From a virus, in the IMG/VR virus record IMGVR_UViG_3300002835_000024: 64,000 nucleotides of DNA. One strand, written 5' to 3'. Below are positions 50,101-61,408 of the stretch, piece by piece. The notes beneath the pieces are model-generated. The model did no database searches, was not told the DNA's origin, and saw only the letters and a list, made by a program, of their open reading frames with translations. Both the position numbers and the translations under genes were made by a program. The first letter of the stretch is position 1. Every line of letters begins with the position of its first letter.

Positions 50101-53100
50101 CAGTTTTATTTGCTGGATTTTCTAACACGGGTAATTTTGGTATAAGCAACAGCGCACCAACCCACAAATTATCAGTAAACGGCAACGTTTATTTCGGCAG
50201 TACTCTAGACGTTCTCAATTCAGTTACTTCTGGAAACCTGACCGTAACTGGATTTGTCAATGCAAGCGTCAGCGTAAACTCTGCTCTTGTTACTGTTGGT
50301 TCGAACGTTTCTCTTAACACAACAACTCTGTCTATCGGAAACTCTACTGTCAATACCGCTATAAGCGCTGCAACTATCACCATTAACGGAGTTAATGTCA
50401 ACACAGCTATCACTTCAAACGCTGCTACGGCCTACTCTAATGCTGTTACTTATGCAGATGCAAAGGCTGCTACGGCTTATTCAAACGCTACTGCTTATGC
50501 TGCTTCTAACACTTATGTAAATTCCACGTTCCTGCCATTGTCTGGCGGAACTCTAAACGGAAATCTAACGATTAATGCAAGCGCCAACGTTGTTTCTAAT
50601 CTTGCTGCCAATAACGTTACTATTAGAGGTGACGTTCAGATCGACGGCAACCTGACTGTTTCAGGAACAACTGTTACCATCAGCGCAACAAATTTAGCTG
50701 TTGAAGATAACATGATCTATCTTAACGATGGATCAACAACTTCTAATCCTGATCTTGGATTTGCCGGAAACTATAATGATGGTTCTTACAAACATGCTGG
50801 TTTCTTCCGCGATGCAACTGATGGCATCTGGAAAGTTTTTGATAGCTATACTCCTGAGCCTGACGCAAGCGCTTATATTGACACCAGCAATGCTTCTTTC
50901 AGAATAGCTAATTTCCAAGCTAACGTTATCACAGCAAATAGCTTCAGCGGTAACGGAAGCAACATAACAACAATCAACGCTGATAGTATTTCATCAGGAA
51001 CGCTTAACACTGCTAGACTGCCAGCCACCGTAAACGTATCAACAGCTTTCAATATTGGCTCCAATGTTAATGCCAATACTTCTACTCTGTTTATCGGAAA
51101 CTCCACTGTTAATACTGTTATCAGTGCGGCCACAATAACAATCAATGGTGTCAATGTTAATACTGCTATCACCAGCAACGCGGCGACAGCTTACTCTAAT
51201 GCCATAGCTTATTCAGGAAATGCGGCTCTGGCTTATGCTAACGCAATAGCTTTCTCGGCAAACGCTGATAATATTTCTTCTGGCACTCTAAACACTGCTA
51301 GATTGCCAGCAACAGTTAATGTTTCAACTGTGATAAATGTTGGAGCTAACGTAAACGTCAATACTTCAACAATACAGATTGGTAACTCTACCATCAATAC
51401 TGTAATAAGTGCTGCTACTATTACGATCAATGGAGTAAACGTTAATACTGCTATTACTAGCAATGCAGCAACAGCCTACAGTAACGCTATTGCATACTCA
51501 GGCAACGCTGCTCTGGCTTACTCGAATGCTACTACGTTCGCTTCAAACGCAGATAATATTTCTTCGGGCACGTTAAACACTGCTAGACTTCCTGCAACAG
51601 TTAATGTAACCAGTGTTCTGAACGTTGGGTCTAATGTCAACGTCAATACTTCTGTGATTCAAATTGGCAACTCAACTGTTAACACAGTTATCAACTCTTC
51701 CAGCATTGCAACAGGCTCCGGAACATTCGGAAATACCACGATTACTGGCGATCTTGTTGTTTCTGGAAACGTGTTCTTCAATGGACCAACCACAAACGTC
51801 AACTCAACAAATCTTGTTGTTGAAGATAAGAATATTGTTCTCGGAGACGTAACCACACCAAGTGATGTGACGGCAGATGGTGGTGGTATCACTCTCAAAG
51901 GCGCGACAGACAAAACCTTTAATTGGGTTGATGCGACTGATGCCTGGACTTCTTCAGAGCATCTAAATCTTGTTTCAACCAAGAGCTATCAGATTAATGG
52001 TGCTGTTGTTGTTAACTCAACTGCTCTGGGAACTGGGATTGTAAGCTCTTCGCTGACTTCGGTTGGTACTCTAACCACTCTATCAACTGGAAATACTACG
52101 ATTACTGGATTTGCTAACGTATCTTCTACACTACAGGTTGGAGGAAATGCAACTCTTTCCGGAACTCTACAAACAATATCTGGTAACGTTAACGTTGATT
52201 CGGGTGTTCTTTTTGTTGACGCAACAAATAACAGAGTTGGTATTAACACAACAACACCTTCGGCGGCTTTACACGCAATTAGTGATAATATTGTGTTTCA
52301 GGGTGTTGGGGGTGCAAGTTTATCAGTCATAAATGGTAGCGGTATTCGCGCAACCTCTGAATTGTATCTTGATACAGTAGCGTCAACTGGCGGTGACATT
52401 TTTATTAGGCCAAGAACAGCCACTGCAATTACTATTAAAAACACAACAGGCGATGTCGGAATAGGCAACACTGCGCCAACTCACAAACTTTCTGTTGCAG
52501 GCGATATTTACAGAGGCACATCTTCAACTTATAATAGTTTAATTGATAATAGTGGATTTAGAGCTACTGTTCCAAGTGGAGCAACATCTAATCTTAGATT
52601 GATACAAACTGGAATTGCAGATATTACTATCAATAATGAAGCAACAACAGGATCTCTGGTAACATCAGGACAAAATACTACGGAATTTCGTACAGCTACG
52701 ACTGCTCAAACGTTGAAATCTTATAACACATTTACGGATGCGAGTAACTACGAACGTCTTGGAATTAATTGGACTTCGAATACACTGCAAATTTTAACTG
52801 AGCGAGCAGGAACAGGAACAAGCAGAGATCTGCAAATTGGTACTGCGGGCACTTCAGATTTTTATATTCGTACAAATAATACTGATCGTTGGAGAGTAAC
52901 ATCTACTGGTCATATGTTAGCTCATGCAGACAACACATATGACATCGGCGCAAGCGGCGCAAATAGACCTAGAACAGGGTATTTTGTAACGTCAGTTATT
53001 GTAGGTACAGATACAAAGTTGACAAACGGCGTAATTAGCACGCTTAACATCAACAACGCCGACAATACTAATACACTATGGGCTTTTGCTAGTAGCTCCG

Positions 53101-53591
53101 CAAACGCAACATTTTCATTGGGCGCAACTACCCCTATCATGCGTTTCAGCGGCTCAACATCCAGCTTCCCTGCCTTAAAACGCAACGGAACAGCAATTAA
53201 TGTTCGTCTTGCAGACGATTCTGCAGATGCTCCGTTGACAGCTTCTCAGATTACACACAATACAAATTTGGTAACGACATCAGAAGCTACAACTCTGGCA
53301 ACAACAACCAAAACTCAGGTTGCGTCTTTCGCTTCTGCTTCTTTCCGTTCTGGTAAACTAATGGTCCAGGCTTACGACTCTGTCACTGGCGAAGTCCAAA
53401 TATCTGAACTACTGGTAGCCCACAATGGAACCACAGCATCATCTACCGAATATGGTGTGGTGTTTACAGGCTCTGCAGCATTAGCTACATATGATGTGGA
53501 TATATCAGCAGGAAATGTCAGGCTGATGGCGACAAGAACTACGACTAACTCTACCCAATACAAAACTTCAGAAATGTTATTAATAGCCTAG
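47151..53591 (+). CDS. Long proximal tail-fibre-like protein (2146 aa) with internal duplications
   Basis: AYSNAIAY 11-residue repeats, four SGTLNTARLPATVNV modules, duplicated EDKNI...GGGITLKGATDKT module, IGISNT.P..KL.V knuckles. Confidence 0.8.
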   Translation: MPPPIQVILYPNTAINVEFVQNTPFKVKLKEYPTQIIYPLPPNNIYGANIYATNAVFVGNSTVNVSINSTSFSGTSNNSIHFGNLTLANVQAQITGNAATAFSNAVSTSASGAALIYQTMAGLSANVATLTSNNSTNFGGLSLATVQGQITGNAATAYTNAAAYADTKASAAYSNAIAYSGNASLAYANAIAYADNKAANAYSNAVSYTDIKAANAYSNAIAYADDKAANAYSNATTFASNATNITSGTLNTARLPATVNVATALNIGSNVNVNTSVIQIGNSTVNTVINSSSIVTSSVTFGNTNVTGDLIVSGNVFFNGPTTNVNSTNLVIEDKNIILGDVATPSDFTADGGGITLKGATDKTLTWVDATDAWTSSEDFNLVSGKSYEINGVVVVNSTSLGTGILSSSLTSVGNLTTLNAGNTTITGFANISSHLTVGGNATFSGNVDFDSGTLFIDNVNNKIGISNTSPLSKFVVQDSLTANDTSTVLIAPTWNATANTFTAFKINATDTASNSNSLLMDLQVGGSSKFKVSKAGIVTASDDGYLAGGRAWFSQYGAFLKSDAIISWGNATSSYSSADTILARDAAGILAQRNGTNAQALRVYDTYTDASNYERVVLSATENNLGFVGYEAAGTGSNRNFAVRGAQVLLQTGSSNNRWIVDGSGHFTAATDNTYDIGANGANRPRNVYVGTNVTVGDTVTAANFFAGATGTFIFNGRSRILSPSDGVLGLYNNGSTDFNRLQFGGTTSSFPALKRNSAEIDVRLADDSGYTSITAATVYAAQNFRATSNTSVISLGSSNDIVLARDAADILAQRRGTNAQTFRIYNTYTDSSNYERLNILWSANTAFVETLAAGTGAARSLIIGSNGSGTNLGFMSAGTVRWRVNSNGHLTAEVDNTYDIGASNATRPRNVFVAGYGSFGTYSGSDLGAGGVSVSNHIVMIGSSSSRSQRSVIFASSGGARRGVVSSEWITSDLPVEFSNGSVLFAGFSNTGNFGISNSAPTHKLSVNGNVYFGSTLDVLNSVTSGNLTVTGFVNASVSVNSALVTVGSNVSLNTTTLSIGNSTVNTAISAATITINGVNVNTAITSNAATAYSNAVTYADAKAATAYSNATAYAASNTYVNSTFLPLSGGTLNGNLTINASANVVSNLAANNVTIRGDVQIDGNLTVSGTTVTISATNLAVEDNMIYLNDGSTTSNPDLGFAGNYNDGSYKHAGFFRDATDGIWKVFDSYTPEPDASAYIDTSNASFRIANFQANVITANSFSGNGSNITTINADSISSGTLNTARLPATVNVSTAFNIGSNVNANTSTLFIGNSTVNTVISAATITINGVNVNTAITSNAATAYSNAIAYSGNAALAYANAIAFSANADNISSGTLNTARLPATVNVSTVINVGANVNVNTSTIQIGNSTINTVISAATITINGVNVNTAITSNAATAYSNAIAYSGNAALAYSNATTFASNADNISSGTLNTARLPATVNVTSVLNVGSNVNVNTSVIQIGNSTVNTVINSSSIATGSGTFGNTTITGDLVVSGNVFFNGPTTNVNSTNLVVEDKNIVLGDVTTPSDVTADGGGITLKGATDKTFNWVDATDAWTSSEHLNLVSTKSYQINGAVVVNSTALGTGIVSSSLTSVGTLTTLSTGNTTITGFANVSSTLQVGGNATLSGTLQTISGNVNVDSGVLFVDATNNRVGINTTTPSAALHAISDNIVFQGVGGASLSVINGSGIRATSELYLDTVASTGGDIFIRPRTATAITIKNTTGDVGIGNTAPTHKLSVAGDIYRGTSSTYNSLIDNSGFRATVPSGATSNLRLIQTGIADITINNEATTGSLVTSGQNTTEFRTATTAQTLKSYNTFTDASNYERLGINWTSNTLQILTERAGTGTSRDLQIGTAGTSDFYIRTNNTDRWRVTSTGHMLAHADNTYDIGASGANRPRTGYFVTSVIVGTDTKLTNGVISTLNINNADNTNTLWAFASSSANATFSLGATTPIMRFSGSTSSFPALKRNGTAINVRLADDSADAPLTASQITHNTNLVTTSEATTLATTTKTQVASFASASFRSGKLMVQAYDSVTGEVQISELLVAHNGTTASSTEYGVVFTGSAALATYDVDISAGNVRLMATRTTTNSTQYKTSEMLLIA

Positions 53592-53601
53592 GAGAATATA
53601 A

Positions 53602-53814
53602 ATGACAACCTTTACAGTTACAATTGAAGACGAATCTCACCTTGATGGAATCACAGCAGCCAGAGAAGCCTACAATACTTCTGTTGGCGCAACAGTTACG
53701 AACGAGCAGGGTGAACAGGTTCCAAATCCAGCACTACTGGCTACTGACGAAGAATATGTGCAGTTTGTGATGTCAAAAGCTGCCGAGAGTTATTCAAAAC
53801 AATATAACACTTAA
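53602..53814 (+). CDS. Small acidic hypothetical protein
   Basis: 70-aa ORF with AGGAG RBS, between fibre genes. Confidence 0.55.
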   Translation: MTTFTVTIEDESHLDGITAAREAYNTSVGATVTNEQGEQVPNPALLATDEEYVQFVMSKAAESYSKQYNT

Positions 53815-53828
53815 AAGAAAAAAGACTT

Positions 53829-53836
53829 TATAAATA
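53829..53836 (+). promoter_or_regulatory. T4-type late promoter
   Basis: Intergenic TATAAATA. Confidence 0.7.
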
Positions 53837-53871
53837 TAAAAAACGGCTTAACTGGGGAAAGTGGAACCGGA

Positions 53872-56800
53872 ATGGCAAATGATAAAAAATTTGTAGTCAA
53901 AAATGGACTACAAACTTCTAACATTAATTTCGTTGATTCGAATGCAAACAATACAGTTTTTGTTGAAGTATCAACAACAATTGCAAACACAGTAACGTTT
54001 GCCGGAAATGTCCACGCAACTGGGTTCGTCGGATCTGGTACAGGATTAACCCAACTTAACGCCACTAATATCAGCACAGGAACAGTAGGCACTGCTCGTC
54101 TTGGTTCTGGAACCGCCAACACAACAACATGGCTAAGAGGTGATGGATCTTGGCAGGTAGGCCCACTTGGTTATACTGGTTCTGTTGGATTTGTTGGATC
54201 TAAAGGCGACATTGGTTTCACAGGTTCAAAGGGTGACATTGGATTTACTGGATCTGCAGGATTTGTCGGATCTCAAGGCATTCAAGGAGTAACTGGTTTT
54301 ACTGGTTCGCTGGGTGCTACTGGTCCTACAGGCCCTACTGGACCTCAAGGAGCTACTGGTTTTACAGGTTCTCAAGGTATTCAAGGCGTCACAGGATTTA
54401 CAGGATCACAGGGAATACAAGGCGTTACTGGATTCACAGGATCAGTCGGTTTTGTTGGATCTAAAGGAGATATCGGTTTTACTGGTTCATTAGGAGCAAC
54501 AGGCCCAACTGGCCCAACTGGTCCTACTGGATTTACGGGTTCTAATGGATTTACAGGTTCGTTAGGTGCCACAGGACCCACAGGACCCACTGGATTTACT
54601 GGATCTGTCGGCTTTGTTGGTTCAAAGGGTGACATAGGATTTACTGGCTCGACAGGATTTACAGGATCTAAAGGTGATATCGGTTTCACTGGTTCTGTTG
54701 GTCTAACTGGATCTCAAGGTATTCAAGGCGTTATAGGATTTACTGGCTCGACAGGATTTACAGGATCTAAAGGTGATATCGGTTTCACTGGTTCTGTTGG
54801 TCTAACAGGATCTAAAGGTGATATCGGTTTCACTGGATCAAAGGGCGATATCGGTTTCACTGGCTCGACAGGATTTACTGGATCAAAGGGCGATATCGGT
54901 TTCACCGGATCTTCGGGCGCGAGCATCCTTGGAACAAACAATACTTGGAGCGGCGTAAACACATATGGCACAGTAACATACCCACTAACTTTATCAAATG
55001 GAGCATACTTAAGGTTTTATAGTTCAGGTACCGATTGGGCTATAGGAAAACCAGACGCGGATCAACTTATATTATATCGTGGCGCGACTGCATGGCTTCA
55101 GTTTGATTCTTCTGGCAACCCATTTATAAATTCCAATAAACTTTGGCACGCTGGGAACGATGGATCAGGTTCTGGCTTAGATGCAGATTTATTAGATGGT
55201 TATAATATTGGAACTTCTGGTGGAGCAGTTCCTCTACTGAATGGCACTAATACGTGGGGTGCTACGCAAACAATTACTAATGGCGGAGCAAACAGTATTG
55301 GATTAACTGTTGGCAATTCTCAATCAATTCTTGACGTCTCTGGTGGAGATGGAGCATATTCGTGGTTAGGATCAAGAACTTGGGGTTTTGATATACGTTA
55401 TGGAGCTTCAAACGCTTCAACTGGTTTCAGAATGACGAATGCAGGCGTTTTATATGCAGGAACCTCTAACTTAATTTGGCACGCTGGGAACGATGGATCT
55501 GGCTCTGGATTAGACGCTGATTTGTTGGACGGTTATAACATAGGAACTTCTGGTGGTACTATTCCTCTGTTGAATGGTACTAATACATGGAGCGGAACAC
55601 AAAATATTCAAATGGCCACAAACAGCAATTTGTTTGACCTGACTGATAATACAGTAGGAACAAAATTAAGATTTGTTCCTGTTGAGATTTCGGGCACCAG
55701 AAGAATGCATTTCTTGTTTAGTCCTGATGGATCAACCCCTTCTAGCCTAGGATATTTTGATAGCACTGGTATAGAATTAGCTTCTGGAAAAGCCTTTAAA
55801 GTGAACGGAAGCACAGTCTGGCATGCTGGCAACGATGGCTCAGGCTCTGGATTAGACGCTGATTTGTTAGATGGCATTAATTCGTCTGGATTTGCTCGTT
55901 TAGCCATCACAGGCAGTCAAACGTTTGGAACAGGAGCTACTTCTGAGGCTGGAATTATTGTTAATGGTAACAATTCTGGAACTAATGGAGGTTCTTATGT
56001 TTCTGTTCAATATGGCGGTGTTACTTCAGTTGCAATAGGCAATGCTTCGGCTATATTGGGCGGAGCTTTTAATTCTACCTCATTAATCTACTCAGGAACA
56101 GGAGCTATTTATTTTAACAATACCTCTAACTTGATGTGGCATTCTGGCAATGATGGTGCAGGTTCTGGCTTAGATGCAGACTTGTTGGATGGTTATAATA
56201 CCTCAACATCCACAACTGTTAATACTGTAGCTGTTCGGGATTCTAATGGTAGTTTATTAGCACAACAATTTGCTGCCTACTCTAATGCTCCGTATTTTGA
56301 GTGGTATGAGAATGATGCTACGACAGATCAAAAACGATGGAGAATGATTGGTGATGGTGGAGGAACGCTTAGTTTACGTGCAGTAAATGACGCCTATAAC
56401 TCTGAAACAATAGCTATGAATTTTTATCGTTCTGGAACTACTGTTACTGGAGTAGATGTTTATTCCCCATATGTGCAAGTAAACAAAACTTCAGATGCTG
56501 GATTTATTTCAACATCCAACTATCCGTTTTTTGATCTTAGAGATGTTGATGCAGGTACCAATGAGAAAAACTGGAGATTTGAAGCAGGAAATTCTACACT
56601 AAATCTTGTTGTTTATAATGATGCATTTACGGCTAGCAGTTATCAATTTACTGTGCGAAGATCAGGTAGTGCATTAACAAGATTTGACGTTGCAACTGTT
56701 TTAAATCTTACCGATGCTGTTGCTAATGATAGAACAGAACTAAGATTTAGCGGTGGATTAAGGCTGTTTAATAAAGACAATAGCTCGATTTTATTTGGTA

Positions 56801-59760
56801 CCACAAATACACAAAGAATGGAAATTAACGCTTCGGGCAACATAACTGCCAGCGTTGATATACGCTCTCCAATATATTATGACAGCAATAATACAGGATA
56901 TTACGTTGATCCAGCAAGTACATCAATAATTAATAAAATTAATATTCCTTCTGGATCCCAGTCGATCAATACTACTACACCAGGTATTACTGAATATCAA
57001 TTAAATTTTACTGGACAAGCTACTGCTGATAATGCTCAAGCAATAACATGGGGTTGGGGTGCTAGTGGTGCACAGGCTGGTGTCTATGTTCAATCTTCTG
57101 GTTCATATGGCACTAAAATGTATTTGGCTACCACGGATTCGTTTGCAGCAGGCTCTAAAACTGCATTAACAATTGATCATCTTGGAATTATAACTACTAA
57201 TCGCAACTATTTACAGGCTACAGATTCTCTCCGCGCTCCAATTTTTTATGACAGCAACAACACATCGTATTATATAGATCCTGCCAGCACCTCAAATACA
57301 GCTTTACGGATGAGAGGTGGTGCTCTTTTTGGACCAAATACTTCCTGGTCTGCATATCTGTCAATAGGAACAGATGGTCACGCCAGTGCTTCTTATGCTA
57401 GTGTTGCGACAACAAACGGTAATTTGCACATAGATGCTGCTTCTGGTCTAGATACATATATTAATTATTATGCTGGGAATAATTTTTATTATGCTTATGG
57501 CGGAACAATACGAGGCGGTTTTTATACCGATTCTTCGGTAAGAGCAAATATTTTTTATGATCTTAATAATACAGGATATTACGTTGATCCATCATCAACT
57601 GGGACTAGTTTAAGTCTCCTTGGAAATATTAACTTTAACTCCGCAAGCGCTGAGAAAACTATACAATGGCAATTCACTGGAAGAAACGCATATATTTTTG
57701 GCAGAGACAGTGATGATATGATTGGTCTGTACGATGGTACAGCTGGTCTTAGCAGATTTGAGACATATCCATCAGGAGTGTTTTACGCCCCTGATATTAG
57801 ATCATCAATATTTTATGACAGTAACAATACAGCATATTATATTGATCCATCAAACTCTACTACTTCCGGAATTTTTGCAGGAAGTATTGGTGCTGGCACA
57901 ACAAGTGCAGATTATCGAATTCATGCAAATGATTCTTCTCTGGGCACAACTCAAGGCAATACAAAGCTACTTCTTAGGTTACAAACTTCTACATCTAATG
58001 CGGATTATCTCAATTTCTTCAAAATTCGTAATAGTAATGGTAGTGATTGGTCAACGTCTGGCTGGAGATTGCAACAATTAGTTGATGTAACTTGGCACGC
58101 TTACATACAATTTAATGGAAATAATAACGAAGGATTAAGTTTTGGTACGGGTGGATCTTCAGTTGGTCCATTAAGCGTAACTGAAAGATTAAAAATTAAC
58201 AATAGTGGCAACGTAATTGCCAGTGTTGATATGAGAGCCCCTGTATTTTATGATACTGCGGACACTGCATATCGCGCAGATCCTCAAGGAACTTCTGTGT
58301 TTGCAAACCTTGCACTTGGTGGTTCTACATCGGTACCACAGGGTGTAATATGGGCAAACGGCGACGCTTGGTTTACTGGTGGAACGAGAAAAGTAGCATT
58401 TACCACTGACTCCAGTACAGATGGAACTCCAAACGTTGCGGTTGAAGGAGAAAGTAACGATCTGGTTATAAGAAACTGGTCGGGAAGCGCATATAATGAA
58501 AATCTTCGTGTGGCAGGTTCTACCAGAAGAGTTGGCGTAGGAGGAGTAACTCCAGATTATACTCTAGATGTTAACGGCGTAATTAGAGGCAGATATACAG
58601 CTGGAGCTGGTACTGCCGCTCTATATCTCACTGGAGGTTATGCTCAATTTCAAAAAGACAACAATGTTCGTATGGACATTAATAATGTCGGCGGTTTAGA
58701 CGCTAACTCTCCTTTCTGGATAGGTTATCATTGGACGCCACCTGACGTCATTACTAATGCAAGCGCGCAAAATAGTTTTCCAAGAACATCTTTTTATTGG
58801 AACTATAGCACAACAAGCAATCCTAGTAATTTAACTTGGAACATGTGGGCTGGAAATGGTAATGGTCTTTCATTAAGCATGCTTTTTGGAACCGACTCAA
58901 ACGGAACTATTTCTTTTGCTACAGCTAACACAGTAAGACTTTCAGTAAACTCTTCTGGGAATGTAACTGCTAACGTTGATATGCGTTCTCCAATATTTTA
59001 TGACAGTAATAATACTTCTTACTATCTGGATCCTGCATCAACATCACAAGTTTATAATATGGTGTTTAACAATCCAGCAAGTGCCAAATTTGCTAATCCA
59101 TATTATGAGTGGAGAAGAGCAAATAATACCAGAAACGGATATATTCAGTTTCAAGATGGTGGCACACTAATCTTAGATAACGAAGCTGGCGAAAATATAT
59201 ACACTTATGGACTCACAAACGCCCAACAATATTTATTTGCAAGAAATGGATATTCGGCGCTATCTATATATTCTAGTGGCACAAACACTTCTTATCTGAT
59301 ATTTGCTAACGCAACTAGTGCAGAACGCTTTAGACTTTATGTAGATAATGGTAGAACTCTCTACATGTCTGGTAATAACGGCTCGACCAACCATTTCTCT
59401 TTTGACTCTAGCGGAAACTTCATAGCCCTTGCAAACATTACTGCATACGGAACACCATCAGATAGGAAGTTCAAAGAAAATATTCAAGATCTTCCTAATG
59501 CACTAGATAAAATATTAAAACTTCGTCCAGTTACATTTGACTGGAAAGAGGAAACCCCACAAAACTCACAAGTAAATCTTGTGAATGATGTTGGTTTTAT
59601 TGCCCAAGAAGTCCAGGAAGTTATTCCAGATCTCGTCAGAGATTTCGATGGTTCTTTATCCCTCAGAGAACGAGGACTGATAGCATATCTTGTTCAGGCA
59701 ATCAAAGAACAGCAAGCTCATATAAATAGATTAGAACAAATGATAAAGGAGAAATTATGA
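53872..59760 (+). CDS. Long distal tail fibre (1962 aa) with collagen-like repeats and S74 chaperone
   Basis: GFTGS/GPTGPT repeats, four [17 protein letters not shown] motifs, repeated YDSNNT.YY.DP.STS, C-terminal SDRKFKENI...[12 protein letters not shown]. Confidence 0.88.
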   Translation: MANDKKFVVKNGLQTSNINFVDSNANNTVFVEVSTTIANTVTFAGNVHATGFVGSGTGLTQLNATNISTGTVGTARLGSGTANTTTWLRGDGSWQVGPLGYTGSVGFVGSKGDIGFTGSKGDIGFTGSAGFVGSQGIQGVTGFTGSLGATGPTGPTGPQGATGFTGSQGIQGVTGFTGSQGIQGVTGFTGSVGFVGSKGDIGFTGSLGATGPTGPTGPTGFTGSNGFTGSLGATGPTGPTGFTGSVGFVGSKGDIGFTGSTGFTGSKGDIGFTGSVGLTGSQGIQGVIGFTGSTGFTGSKGDIGFTGSVGLTGSKGDIGFTGSKGDIGFTGSTGFTGSKGDIGFTGSSGASILGTNNTWSGVNTYGTVTYPLTLSNGAYLRFYSSGTDWAIGKPDADQLILYRGATAWLQFDSSGNPFINSNKLWHAGNDGSGSGLDADLLDGYNIGTSGGAVPLLNGTNTWGATQTITNGGANSIGLTVGNSQSILDVSGGDGAYSWLGSRTWGFDIRYGASNASTGFRMTNAGVLYAGTSNLIWHAGNDGSGSGLDADLLDGYNIGTSGGTIPLLNGTNTWSGTQNIQMATNSNLFDLTDNTVGTKLRFVPVEISGTRRMHFLFSPDGSTPSSLGYFDSTGIELASGKAFKVNGSTVWHAGNDGSGSGLDADLLDGINSSGFARLAITGSQTFGTGATSEAGIIVNGNNSGTNGGSYVSVQYGGVTSVAIGNASAILGGAFNSTSLIYSGTGAIYFNNTSNLMWHSGNDGAGSGLDADLLDGYNTSTSTTVNTVAVRDSNGSLLAQQFAAYSNAPYFEWYENDATTDQKRWRMIGDGGGTLSLRAVNDAYNSETIAMNFYRSGTTVTGVDVYSPYVQVNKTSDAGFISTSNYPFFDLRDVDAGTNEKNWRFEAGNSTLNLVVYNDAFTASSYQFTVRRSGSALTRFDVATVLNLTDAVANDRTELRFSGGLRLFNKDNSSILFGTTNTQRMEINASGNITASVDIRSPIYYDSNNTGYYVDPASTSIINKINIPSGSQSINTTTPGITEYQLNFTGQATADNAQAITWGWGASGAQAGVYVQSSGSYGTKMYLATTDSFAAGSKTALTIDHLGIITTNRNYLQATDSLRAPIFYDSNNTSYYIDPASTSNTALRMRGGALFGPNTSWSAYLSIGTDGHASASYASVATTNGNLHIDAASGLDTYINYYAGNNFYYAYGGTIRGGFYTDSSVRANIFYDLNNTGYYVDPSSTGTSLSLLGNINFNSASAEKTIQWQFTGRNAYIFGRDSDDMIGLYDGTAGLSRFETYPSGVFYAPDIRSSIFYDSNNTAYYIDPSNSTTSGIFAGSIGAGTTSADYRIHANDSSLGTTQGNTKLLLRLQTSTSNADYLNFFKIRNSNGSDWSTSGWRLQQLVDVTWHAYIQFNGNNNEGLSFGTGGSSVGPLSVTERLKINNSGNVIASVDMRAPVFYDTADTAYRADPQGTSVFANLALGGSTSVPQGVIWANGDAWFTGGTRKVAFTTDSSTDGTPNVAVEGESNDLVIRNWSGSAYNENLRVAGSTRRVGVGGVTPDYTLDVNGVIRGRYTAGAGTAALYLTGGYAQFQKDNNVRMDINNVGGLDANSPFWIGYHWTPPDVITNASAQNSFPRTSFYWNYSTTSNPSNLTWNMWAGNGNGLSLSMLFGTDSNGTISFATANTVRLSVNSSGNVTANVDMRSPIFYDSNNTSYYLDPASTSQVYNMVFNNPASAKFANPYYEWRRANNTRNGYIQFQDGGTLILDNEAGENIYTYGLTNAQQYLFARNGYSALSIYSSGTNTSYLIFANATSAERFRLYVDNGRTLYMSGNNGSTNHFSFDSSGNFIALANITAYGTPSDRKFKENIQDLPNALDKILKLRPVTFDWKEETPQNSQVNLVNDVGFIAQEVQEVIPDLVRDFDGSLSLRERGLIAYLVQAIKEQQAHINRLEQMIKEKL
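54165..54915 (+). repeat. Coding Gly-X-Y repeat (GFTGSKGDI / GATGPTGPT)
   Basis: About 250 codons with Gly at every third position. Confidence 0.85.
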
Positions 59761-60107
59761 TATATACCTGGAAACTTAAGTCTCTCAAGAAAACAAATTC
59801 TGGTAATCTAGAAAATGTTGTTATTCAAACTTATTGGGAGCTTACTGGCACTGATGAGGATGGAAATTCTGGAACCTTCAACGGGGCCACTCCATTTAAA
59901 GCGCCAGAAGGGGAAAACTTTACAGCTTATGAAGATCTAACAGAAGAGATGGTTCTTGGTTGGATTAAAGATCAAGTTGTTGGTGGATACAAAGATCATG
60001 TCGAAGAAAAAATTCAAGAACAAATTGATCAAAAGAAAAATGTTGTTGAAGAAGTAAAAGAAGAAGAGCTTCCTTGGGCTCCCCCCAAACCTGATACGGA
60101 TGAATAA
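59757..60107 (+). CDS. Fibre-associated small protein
   Basis: YTWK...VVIQTYW...[15 protein letters not shown]...LPW; typically follows fibre genes. Confidence 0.6.
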   Translation: MIYTWKLKSLKKTNSGNLENVVIQTYWELTGTDEDGNSGTFNGATPFKAPEGENFTAYEDLTEEMVLGWIKDQVVGGYKDHVEEKIQEQIDQKKNVVEEVKEEELPWAPPKPDTDE

Positions 60108-60811
60108 TGACGCTTGCTGCTAATGGAACAATGAGTATTGGTGGATCTACTACTGATCGATCTATCAATCTTGAGCTTGGTAGATCTGCGACTGCCACCT
60201 CAAGTCTCAACGAGAGTGCACTTAGAACGCTGGCAGGAAAAGCCAGCGGAGCAATTGCTCTGAGCGACTTCTATGGCAAATCTAACTTTACTCCAACTAC
60301 CAGTACTCGGACTTCTGGATCTGGAACAGAAACAGTGCCATCAGGTGCAGTCAGTGTTCGTATTCGCGCTTATGGCGGTGGCGGTGGTGGTGGAACAGGA
60401 GTTAACTACGCTGGTGGTGGAGGTGGAGCAGGTTTTGTTGAAGCTACCTATTCTTGCTCAGGCGGACAAACATTAAGCTATTCTGTTGGCAGCGGTGGCG
60501 CTGCAGGCAGCTCTGGTACTGCTTCAACTGTAACCAGTGGCACCCTATCAATCACAAGTATCAGCGCTGGTGGTGGCGGTGCAGGATCTTCAAGTAGTTT
60601 TGCACCTGCTATCGGCGGTCTTGGCGGTATTGCTAGCGGAGGATCCACAAACACAGATGGTCAAGCTGGAGAAGACGATTATTCGCTTGGTGGAGCTGCT
60701 GGTGGAGCTTGCCTAGGTACTGGTGGAGGCGCTTCAGATGCAATTCCAGGCGGCGGGGGTTCAAGTCTTCTTGCTGGTAAACGCGGCGAAATTCAATTCT
60801 ATTACACATAA
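60107..60811 (+). CDS. Glycine-rich fibre-tip/adhesin-like protein
   Basis: MTLAANG.MS...INLELG...IALSDFYGKS N-domain followed by polyglycine motifs. Confidence 0.65.
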   Translation: MTLAANGTMSIGGSTTDRSINLELGRSATATSSLNESALRTLAGKASGAIALSDFYGKSNFTPTTSTRTSGSGTETVPSGAVSVRIRAYGGGGGGGTGVNYAGGGGGAGFVEATYSCSGGQTLSYSVGSGGAAGSSGTASTVTSGTLSITSISAGGGGAGSSSSFAPAIGGLGGIASGGSTNTDGQAGEDDYSLGGAAGGACLGTGGGASDAIPGGGGSSLLAGKRGEIQFYYT

Positions 60812-60821
60812 AGGGAAACAA

Positions 60822-61052
60822 ATGACATTAGAAGATATCACACACGAAATCGTAAAAGAAGAAAATGGCACAATGACTGTCAAATTTTCTGCTGAAGATC
60901 TAGAACAAGAAAAGCAAATCAATGTTTTTGATCTCACAACACAACAAGAAAAACTAGAAAGAATTAACCAGCATAAAAATGCGTTTTTTCATCGAATAAA
61001 TATTGGCATGGTTAAGACAAAAGAAGAAGTTCTGGAACCCACTCCAGAATAA
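60822..61052 (+). CDS. Hypothetical protein
   Basis: ATG at 60822 after AAGGG; 3' part of track ORF 60723-61052. Confidence 0.5.
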   Translation: MTLEDITHEIVKEENGTMTVKFSAEDLEQEKQINVFDLTTQQEKLERINQHKNAFFHRINIGMVKTKEEVLEPTPE

Positions 61053-61092
61053 TATAAACCCCAACAAATAGACAATGAAAAGGAATACTAAT

Positions 61093-61293
61093 ATGATCGG
61101 TGATGACGTGAAACAAGAAAATGTAGCCGCTCCTGAAGCCCCTGAACAAACTGTAACTCTGGTTGTCAATCCTAGACAATTCAATGTTATCGTTGCTGGA
61201 CTCGGAGAACTCCCCTTCAAGGTTTCTAATGAAGTGGTGCAAAATCTAGTAGCTCAGGTCCAGAAACAAGTTGGATCTGCGCCCCAACAATAA
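61093..61293 (+). CDS. Hypothetical protein
   Basis: AGGA RBS; NVIVAGLGELPFKVS...LVAQVQKQ. Confidence 0.55.
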   Translation: MIGDDVKQENVAAPEAPEQTVTLVVNPRQFNVIVAGLGELPFKVSNEVVQNLVAQVQKQVGSAPQQ

Positions 61294-61319
61294 TAACTAA
61301 AAAAATAGAATACAAACTT

Positions 61320-61345
61320 AAACCCCACTTAACAGTGGGGTTTTT
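61320..61345 (+). terminator. Rho-independent terminator
   Basis: AAACCCCACT-TAAC-AGTGGGGTTTTT. Confidence 0.85.
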
Positions 61346-61408
61346 CTAGATCAAATAATGTCAACTTTTCGCTTTAATAAATAATGGAAATGGTTAGAGG
61401 ATAAAAAC

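Noticed and set aside
47880-52260. Diversity-generating retroelement template/variable repeats
   Set aside because: Both copies are in-frame coding, differences are not confined to adenines, and no reverse transcriptase is present
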